A DNA stretch of 64,000 nt from Lingula anatina (lineage: Eukaryota; Animalia; Brachiopoda), in NCBI GenBank assembly GCA_051362555.1, contig CM120645.1, forward strand, positions 16,926,001 through 16,990,000. The letters are read 5' to 3'. A program made the translations under genes and the position numbers. Below are positions 36,501 through 45,883 of the stretch, in pieces; the first letter of the stretch is position 1, and the number at the start of each line of letters is the position of its first letter. A model generated the notes under the pieces. That model made no database searches, was not told where the DNA came from, and was given only the letters and a program-made list of their open reading frames with translations.

Positions 36501-39500
36501 CCTTTCAGAGGGTTCTGGCAGCACAGATACTACCAAATGATCCACCCAATGCCTGGTAAGGAAACTATGCACCTCATACACCAGGCCACAAAACACATTT
36601 TACAAGTCTTCAGTCAAAAATTGGTTTTAGCGAAGGCTGCTAGCCAACCAAGCTAGGTTTCACAAAGGAAATTAGCAGTTTTAATAGCTTAAAAGCCCCA
36701 AAAGTAAGTCTTATTATAAATCAGAAGACAGGAATGTAGACCAAAAATACATCTGTACGAATGTCTTTCCAGGTATCAAATTCGGACCAATGACTCTGTT
36801 CCATGGCTGCAGACAGAAAGGTGTGGATGATCTCTACAGCCAAGAAATCTCCCTGATGCAGGAAAGCAAAGTCTTGACCAGTGTCCACTATGCATACTCT
36901 AGAATGCCTGGACAACCACGGGTGAGGTCAAACTGGCCCTCTGAGCTCATCAATCATTAAAAACTCTCCCACCACTTCACTATATGCAGTTGTGTTAAAA
37001 CTTTGAGGCTTTTAATTCTTAGTTCTTACAAAAAAGCTGTAGAAATACCAGTCATTGTAAAGATGCCATATCAAAAACTGCCTCTTTCAAAAACCTTTTT
37101 CAAAAAATTCCATTGTGACTTCATAGTTTGTCAACACCATGCTGCCGACAGGATCAAAAAAAGCAATATGGAAGTGACATGTGGTGCAGAAAAACAAGAG
37201 CACTCATTAAGCTTCAATCTTAAACTACATTTCACGTTACACTAGCTTCATAAAATGCTAAATTTTATATTTGTCATTATGATTCTATTTTTTTTCCTAA
37301 AGATTTACATTCAACACCTCCTCTGTGAGCAAGCTCAAACAACCTATGAACAGCTGGTAGTTCAAGAAGGCCATATCTACATCTGTGGAAGTATAACTAT
37401 GGCTATGGATGTCAGAAAGGCATTACTGAATATTCTGTGTGAAGAGGGCAACATGACAACTGACAAGGCTCAGAATTACATGGAACTTCTTAGAGTATGT
37501 ATAAATGCAATCTGAAGTTACTACATACCTGAAACTGCTATTAATATAGACCAAAAGCTACTTTTTTCACCCAATTAATCACTACACAGCAGCATGACTG
37601 AAAAACATAGCCTTTTTACAAACTTTGCATCTGTTTTTAATTTGTTTCTTTGCAAACTTTGCATGAGTCTCAGAATATTTATTTTGTTTACTTAAAATAT
37701 AATGCCAAAACAAAAGTCCTTTAAATTCAAGCAGTTCCTGTCTGGCTGGGTGTCTGGCTGTATTTTTCTGAACTGTAAATGAATTATGAAGGGGATTTAC
37801 ATACTCTATATACCATTACTAATAAGTTTATATATAACCAATACATAATTGATAATTTTTACAGATATTTTCAAATCCTTTTTTTTTTTCAGAAATCTGG
37901 TCGGTATCATGAAGAGCTGTTTGGGTTGGGTTATCCACACCACAGACTGAATCACATCAAATAGGTCAAGTTTCCTCAAAGAACTCAAGGGCAGCTGTAG
38001 TAGGGGTCTGGTTTGGCAGGGGAAAGACTTTAAGTTTTAACTCCCCAGCCCCTCCCACCTATAGCCGGTTTTTAAATATTTCAGCATGCAGAGGAAAAGA
38101 AAGTATTTTTTGCCATTCCACCCCACCCCCTTCAGTAAAATCTTGCACTGATAGTGGGGATAAATGATCATATGTAACAAGAACTTGCCTTTATTAATAA
38201 TTCAAACTTTTACATGTTTTTCAAAAACAATGCACATACATATTAAATGCATTTCATTTTTTATTACAACTTTGTGTGATAGCAAGAATACAGGATTACA
38301 GTTTCACTTTGATTGTATTTATTTATTTATATGTTTACGTTTCTACTGTATTTGTTTTGGAATTATATATTTTTTCATTTATCAATATTGTTTACTCAAG
38401 TAATTCATCTTCAGTGCCCATGACAAAAGTACATGTCAGCAATGTAAATGTATCATTTCTGCTCTAAAGACATCTTTTAAATTTAAAACAACTACTAACT
38501 ATCTTGCACATATATAGTTCTAACAGTTACCCATGAAGAGTATTTTATCTTATATGATGTCACCAAAGGATGTATTTTTTAGGTATATTTATTCTTGATA
38601 CTATATATATAAATAATAACCTAGACAGTCCACCTATCCAGGAAATTCTTATATATCATTTAATATTTATGTAAAACAAAGTTTGTATATTGGAGCAGCA
38701 TTTTATCTATAAAATTTATTTACATGATTTGTTTCTTGAACTGTAATAATACATCATTATTATTGTACCCACAACTTCAGACCCAATGAAAGCCAGGTTC
38801 TTCTATACAAATCTCCATTTCTGCTCAACTCATCATAGGGCATATGTGGAAAGTTTAATATAAAGAACCTGGTCTTTATCAAGTCTGAAATTTGGGTTAT
38901 ATTATTGTAGAATATATTTATTATTTAACTGACTGTATAAAAAGGACAAGACTTATTTAAATATTTTTAAAGATTTTTAAATCCTTGTATTATGATAACT
39001 TTTACCACCAAATGTTACAGATATAGTCTATATGTTTACCTGGTATCAGAAATTTGTAAAATAAATATTTTAAAATTACAACTACTAATTACAATTACTA
39101 ATATTCTGCTGGATAATGCCTTTTGACATATAAAATGGCATGTCAAATGTCCATGATGTTAACACTGTTCAACTTCCATGACAAATGACAGTAAAATTGA
39201 AACTGGACCAGAAAATTTGGTAAATTTGTCTAGCTACATGTAACAGACACTTTTTCTGCATAAAACCATTACTATCTAAGATTAATCATATGTGAAGGTT
39301 TTTTATAAATAAATTTACATATTTAATACATTTTTATCTATTTAACTTAATTATTATGTTTTTTTTTCAAGTTTAATATGCAATAATGCAGGAAAACATT
39401 CTTTATATTGTATACCGGGGCCTTTATCCTAAATTGTTGGTATCAATATCAGAAAATAAAAGTTTTATCAAGTTTTATATATTTCATTTAATCATTGCCA

Positions 39501-42500
39501 TATGTACCCTCAGTCCTCAAGTACATGTAACATTTTTCATAACAGAAGATAATATTAAATAGTGACTGAAATAACATGTACATAAAGCCCTATATTAATA
39601 TTATCATGTATCTTTAGCAAGTGAGTTGGATTTTAGATCCTAGACTATCTGTTCTAAGCTCTACTGTTGGTCTACTCACTCTTGGGGCACTCCAGTTCAG
39701 TTTGGGAAACACTTTTCCACCTAAAGTTGCAATACTCTTCTTGATTTGAGCTTCAAACTGAGGAAAACTTGGAGGCTGAAAATAGGAACAAAGCTGCAAA
39801 ATTATAAAATGTACAGACTGATATCAGTAACAGAACTGTTTACATATCAGAAGCATCTGGTGAAATATTGACAAGTATCCTATGAATTTAAAGAAATTGT
39901 AGGCAGTATAAACAAATACAAAAGAAGAATGTTTCAACTTCAATGCTTTATATCATTTCAATATGCATGAGGAAAATAATTAACTTGAGAAGGATTTAAA
40001 GCTGAAAAAAGAGCAAAACCAAATACATGTACTTGCAAATTTAAAAAAAAAAAGGTCATACAAGCAGTTATTTGAAATTGACCTGTATTTTAGCAATATA
40101 AATTGGTACAGTAAGTTTGAAGGGGTTGGAAATGTTATGCAATCACCTCTGTCACTTCCTTTTATTTTCAGTTTTTATCAGCCATGAGCTTTTTCTGCGG
40201 AAAAGTGGAATTCTGCGTTTTTTAATTCAATTCAGATGTTCCTGATATTCGTCAAGGTTATTGGTGTTGGGTCCCATGATAAATGTTCAGAGGGTTTTTT
40301 GTTTTAAACCTAGGTTCATGTTTGTATTATTTTGTAGCCTGAAATGTGTATATTTCACTGGTGGAGACAGGAAATTGAGAATGGAGGGGCAATTTTTCCA
40401 CCCCGTATAGTATCCCCGATGTTGCCTATAAATTCACGGAAAAAAATTGATGCAAGTTAGGGCAATTTGAAAAACTTCAGCAGGCCAGACAGAAAAATTT
40501 CCTCCTTTTGATAAGTGACAGGGCTTTTTTTTGTGTGTTAGGCCTACACTCCCCAATACCCACAACTGATAGTACATGATTAATTATCTGTAACTTCCCT
40601 TCACCAACCTTTGCATGTGGTGTATCCATATCCCATTCTTCCTGAAAAAAAATAACAAGAAGAATCATACTATTGCTGAATGATATACAGCCATGTCTAC
40701 CAGTGGGATGAGAGAAAATGAGATTTAATTAATTTTTAATGTTTTTGTTGCAGGAGATATATCCAAAAATAAAAATTATCTTTCTTTTTATTTGCACCTG
40801 AATCACGGTAAACTTTTTAATTTCTATTTGCAATTTTATTTAAATTATTCTACTAAAAACATTTTATTTCTGTTATTTATTTTTGTATTTTTATATACAG
40901 ACCTCCTCTTCTTGGCTCTGGCCTTGACCTTGAATAGACCTAAAAATAACAGTAGTAGCATGAACATTTCAAACACCCCACCAATTCCAAACTTTTATTT
41001 CTGTCAAGATTCAAATATATGACCATTAAAACTTTTTAATACATACCATTCTCATCATCATTTTTTGTTACCTACCTGAGTAGTGAGTTTTATCAAATGC
41101 TTTGTTATACAATCCTTCTCTCCTATTATATAAAGATTAAATCAGATTAAATCAAGAATAAGTATATAGCAATCAAAATTTTAGCTCACATGCTCTTTGC
41201 TGTTTCTTATTTCTCTTTCTTTACTATAAATGGTTGTACTGCACTAACAAAAACAAAAACTGTCACTTAAACCATTACATTAACAAAGATTAGACAGCAG
41301 AATGCCAGAATAGGAGGTGCCAATGCCCCCCCCTCCTTTTCCCCCTGACTCCCTTTGTTACCATTTTGTCTTAACCCCAGTAACCTTCCAAACTTTCCCA
41401 TCCCTGTACATTTTGCCAAACAGCTCATATAATGTGACATGTTGTGCAGTACCAGGATCAGGTTGTTCCACTACAGGCATCAACAAAGCAAACCACATGG
41501 ACCAGTTAAAGAGAGGACCATGATCATATTATATTAAGGGGGCTCTCCACACATTTGAAAATCCCCCCTACTCACATCTATGTCTTGTAAAGCTCCTTAG
41601 AGTTTTCAATTCAGACCTTAAATATGATAAAACCCTTAAGATAAATTTTATTTGAAGCTCTCTGAGTGTTGTTATTGTCTTCTTAGCCTTCCCTGGTGGC
41701 CACTGACAGCTCACAATGTCTGTATGGCCACATTCAGAACAGAGGACTAACTAGTCCACAGATCAAATATGGCTACCCACTTAAAAGCTTGCCATCTTAT
41801 CCCCTAATAGACACTGAATAGATTCCCCACAGAGATTAGGCAACAAGCATTCAAGTGGGTGGGCCATACTTGAACCGCGGAGTATAGTTAGTCTGCTGTT
41901 GTGAATGCGACCTATGATACACAGCACAGGGCTGCGATACAAAACACCAGGCCATTTTTTGTGTGATAATGAAGCAATGCACATGTAGGCAGATGTTTTC
42001 CTTTATGACTGGTCAATCATTTAGAATTAATCATAAATTAAAAGTGGGATAAGACATCAAATGCAAGTGAATGAATGGGTTGAGCAATGATTCATGAGTA
42101 GGAGAAAATTGCCCTCTTCCCAGGAAAATTTATTTTGGGCGGCTAAATCCTCTGGAGAGGACCTTTACAGAAACACTCTTGTCAGTATCTAATATCCACA
42201 GTCCCGTGATTGGTTGTTTGTGGTAGAGTTGGGTGAAGAATGACACTCTCATGCCACTGGTGAGTGTCTGGTCAGTGTTTAATACATGAAGGTTAGACTC
42301 TACTTACTCCTTGGGTAGAACTACACCATCAGAATTAAGGTAGTCAATGAACTCCACTGGAAGAGGGATGATGTGGCTGAAAGTAAATTTTGCCAATTAT
42401 AGATTTTAACCTTTCAATTAAAATATTATCAACGTTTTATGTTAATACTAAATCTGTGTTCTCTTCAGTAAGAAAAAAATATTTATTCATGTTTAATGGC

Positions 42501-42744
42501 TGTCTAGTTTGTTATTACGTTAAATGTCATTTTCTCAACCCAACCAATGTTACGTCCCCAGCGCAGTGACAGTGCCTCTCTACGTTTTCTAGCTTTTGTT
42601 GACATTGGAAACACATTAAGTGAACCGAATGGTGATGATCAAATTCATTTATCAAATTCCCAGGACGTACCTTTTTATGCTTAAATGTTTAAACTTAGGA
42701 TACCACCTGGAGAACATGCAGTTTATGACTTGCTCCCGTTTCAT
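11534..42744 (-). CDS. CDC123: Cell division cycle protein 123 (eIF2 assembly factor, ATP-grasp). Exons 42744-42671, 42376-42308, [unresolved small exon(s)], 41071-41047?, 40928-40903, 40641-40609, 39775-39680, 17779-17673, 16746-16616, 15474-15352, 13070-12931, 12358-12218, 11701-11534
   Basis: [18 protein letters not shown]..., [15 protein letters not shown]|[80 protein letters not shown] and [15 protein letters not shown] are all D123-family motifs. Phases are consistent across the 21.9-kb intron. Confidence 0.95.
14963..15150. mobile_element. Palindromic MITE-like element
   Basis: gccttataaac..aatagccgttcgtgatctcgaacc versus ggttcg..ctcgagatcacaaacggcaattgttgtttatgaggc form inverted arms. 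Confidence 0.55.
16001..16188. mobile_element. MITE-like element with terminal inverted repeats
   Basis: taacgctcacttacggtt..tcctagaaca at the left versus tgttctagaat..aaccgtaagtgaacgtta at the right. Confidence 0.55.
17069..17291. mobile_element. PIF/Harbinger-like foldback MITE with TAA target-site duplication
   Basis: TIRs gaccgcattcccat / atgggaatggggcc flanked by taa on both sides. Internal inverted repeat gggactcttgctgagtgcaatt / aattgcattcagcaagagtccc. Confidence 0.7.
17422..17493. repeat. Compound (CA)n(CT)n microsatellite
   Basis: Directly visible. A similar (CT)n(CA)n tract lies at ~20955-21010. Confidence 0.95.
20762..20836 (+). CDS. NOS: Alternative first coding exon A of NOS ([25 protein letters not shown])
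   Basis: 75 nt, ACCATG context, in-frame TAA just upstream, phase-0 donor CAG|gtaaac. Homologous to the NOS N-terminal hook (nNOS LKVKNWETDVVLTDTLHLKS) and to the segment at 24993-25067. Acceptor at 20718 and a candidate UTR exon at 20462-20544. Confidence 0.75.
24855..37964 (+). CDS. NOS: Nitric oxide synthase, PDZ-less and lacking the autoinhibitory loop; ~1059 aa from ATG 24993 or 20762, ~1105 aa from ATG 24855. Exons 24855/24993-25067, 26592-26740, 27121-27283, 27468-27559, 27881-28022, 28556-28695, 29283-29457, 30026-30127, 30289-30483, 30799-30875, 31117-31261, 31916-32020, 32285-32334, 32529-32703, 33271-33394, 33655-33733, 34132-34322, 34903-35060, 35267-35477, 35868-35958, 36428-36555, 36773-36921, 37303-37494, 37893-37964
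   Basis: Heme motif [14 protein letters not shown], substrate motif [17 protein letters not shown], pterin motif [24 protein letters not shown] motifs ASETGKS / STFG / [21 protein letters not shown] motif [14 protein letters not shown] motif [16 protein letters not shown] and RYHEELFG. The exons sum to 3180 nt with no stops seen. Confidence 0.96.
28767..29004. mobile_element. PIF/Harbinger-like foldback MITE in a NOS intron, TCA target-site duplication
   Basis: Inverted arms atacctagatcgatct..gaggggattct..actaaattgcactc / gagtgcaatttagcaagaatcccctc..agatcgatttaggtat. The right end atgggaatggggtc matches the 17069 element. Flanked by tca on both sides. Confidence 0.7.
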
Positions 42745-42987
42745 CTTGTTCCAGTTAAAGTTCTCTGCATCTGCGCTTCTTGGAGTCGTTCAAAATTAAG
42801 TACCCAAATACGTCTTTTGCATGAAATGACAGAATGCTCCTTAATTTCGAAGCTTTAAGACTTTAAAACTTATATTCAGTTTTAAAATATTACTGAAAAT
42901 ATATAATAACCATAACAATTGATGTTTAGCGTAAACTTGAACAGATATTTACTATAATTGTTTGACGTAAATGGGTACTTTGTAAAC
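42745..42987. promoter_or_regulatory. Bidirectional promoter between CDC123 (-) and vezatin (+)
   Basis: Only 243 bp separate the two divergent start codons. CpGs reappear locally at ~42500-43400 against a CpG-poor background. Confidence 0.7.
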
Positions 42988-44834
42988 ATGGAGGTAGACG
43001 AAGACGACGAAGTCATATTTGAGGTTAGTAATTGAAATGTCGATGCTTTACTGAAATAAGTATGGGAATTGCGTGTTTCCTTGAAAACAGAAGCTCCAAT
43101 AGGACTCACTTACACAATTAGTGCAAAACTTTACCCCCTGTAGCAGTCTTTGTCGATCCTGTTAAAGCCCCATTAGAACATCGGTGATAACATAAACTGT
43201 TCACTGGAAATTAGCTCATCTGTTAACATATCACAATAAAGAAAGTTTTATTCATATATAATTGCGAGTCAAAAATACTGAAAAATGCAAATAACAGATA
43301 TAATGACTTTGTTTCGTGGAGGGCGAAGAATGAATTCGAAAGCCGTATTCACATGTCATGCGAATGGGGTGCTTCACAGATCACACCAAATAAAATGAAT
43401 GTTTTACCCATCTTGTGAAATATAAAGTGGCTTTCATGGATAAGGAAAATATCCAATGGGACTCTCTTAAGTGTATATGTTCATAGTGTACATCTTTTAG
43501 TACAAATTGCACATGCATTGTATGAATGATGAATCTGTGCCCTTCTACATAAATGAACTGGTTTCTCTTTATGTATCTATCTAAAAGAATTGAACAAGTT
43601 GGTCTGCTTTAATGATTAAAGGTGATTGTGACATATGTCATGCACCTTAGTCCCATCCCATCTGATACTATATAAACCCTAAAAATAACTATGTGCATAA
43701 AATATTCCAGAACTCTGCCTTGCATCACCACCTCCAAGATGTTGGCTGGGTTGACATGGACATATCTGTGGTAGCATCAAAGAAATCTTCTATGTTGATG
43801 GACCACAGAAATGAAGAAGATTCTCAGTCTCAGAAGAATGAGGTCCAAGGAAAATCTGTCATTAAACCAATACTGGTATCAGTCTTGTTTGTTTTTCAGC
43901 ACATGTGATAGGCAAAAAAGTTTATAAAAATAGATTTGTTTTGATGAAATGTTTTTTTTTTTTGATGGTTTGTTGCTATTTTTGTTATTGACAGCTAGTA
44001 GTAAATTAACTATCCAATGATTTAATTTATTAATTTAATATTGTTGAAAATGAAATTAATTTTTATTATAAAATCATTCAATATTATTGATTTCCTCTTT
44101 TCACCTGAAATGAGTTCTCTTAAGAATCTTTTACAAACAAGTGAACTTTCCTTTTTCACTAAAATCTAAAGTCAATAAAGCAGACAAACAAAAAATGTTT
44201 CTGCAGAGATGTTACTATTTTTATTCACACAGGTGTCTCTTTGGATGTGTCTAGAGAAGCTGTTTGCCATGCCACATTTTGTGTCAAAGGTAGAGCATAT
44301 TAACTAGTATATTGAATGATAAAATATTAACAGATTTATGAAATAAGTCAAAAGAGTAAGAACAAAGAATAACACACAAACAAAACAAAATGTCCAAGCA
44401 GCAACTCTTTATCAAGTTATAATCACTACTCATAAATGCGCTCAAGCAGAGAGAGGTCTCTTTTATGACATGCTTCCTTTTCCCACCCAGTATCACAGTC
44501 TGGCTGTAATAAGAAGCATTTTGAAGTCTGAAGCATTGGAGGAGGAAGATGCTGCCTTCTTGGAAAATCTTGTAAAAGAATCAAACAGCCTTACAATAGT
44601 TGAAAAACCAAGGATACCAGTGAGCACGCTGCGGTAAATTCTCCTCTATAACCATAACCTGCCATTGTATAACACCATGCAATATACAGATATATGCTTT
44701 GTTTCAAATATCAGTTCACATTAAATAAGTTGAAATTCCGCTATCAACAATTCTAGGTAAACTAATGAGCTTGACCTCCTTCCTTAAAAAAAGAGCAAAC
44801 CCAAGAGAAATTTCTATAAGTTTTATTGGCAACC

Positions 44835-44911
<77 letters not shown>

Positions 44912-45789
44912 TTGTCCAGAGACTTCCTTGTGTCACTGATTTGTTTGGAGAGTTTCTCACACAGTGATTCATTAGCCAAATGAAATATGAAATCAAGCAG
45001 GAGGTGAAAGAGGATATTAAACAAGAAATGCAGCAATACTTGACGGATAGACTCAGCCTCCTGAACGAGAAAATAGATGCCCTATAGCCCTATATCTGGA
45101 AAACGAATCCCTGTGTGAGAAACTCTCCAAACAAATCAGTGACACAAGGAAGTCTCTGGACAACTTATATATATAAAGTATAAAATATATATAAGTTGTT
45201 TCATTTGGCTAATGATTTCCTTTACGTCAGATTTTCTTATCATTTCACTTTTAATCTCTGCTAGAGTAGCTTTGATGGATCGTAGTTCTTCTACCGTAAT
45301 GTTTTCTGTTAAGTCCATGCTGTTTGATCTTGTTTTTTTCTTCTTTTGTGGTCTTTTTCCACTGGCATTGCTGTGCCGTATATATGCAGGAGTCAAGTTG
45401 ATCTGTAGTTGCAGCATTTTCTTCGGCACTTTGTCTGAAGTCCTTTGTCTGCTTTGTTTGTTTTCACTGGGGTTATTAGATGCCATTGTGTCTATTGTTT
45501 GGGTAACAAAGGTACTATAGCTTTCGATTGCGTAATATTGAGCACTTCTCAAATTTGACGGTTTCTTTCTGTACGTATAAATATATAGTTCAAATGAACT
45601 ATTATAATGAGTGTATTTTCTATAATGAAGTGCGTTACCTGATACAGTGTACCTTTATAGTCCACCTGTAACTTTGTTATTTCGATCAGTGTCCAAGGAG
45701 AGATTTTATCAACAAAAAACAGCAGAGTGTTTACACTAGTGTCTATAGCGTACACATGTCATGTGACGGTTACATCAAAAAAGTAAAAA

Positions 45790-45883
<94 letters not shown>

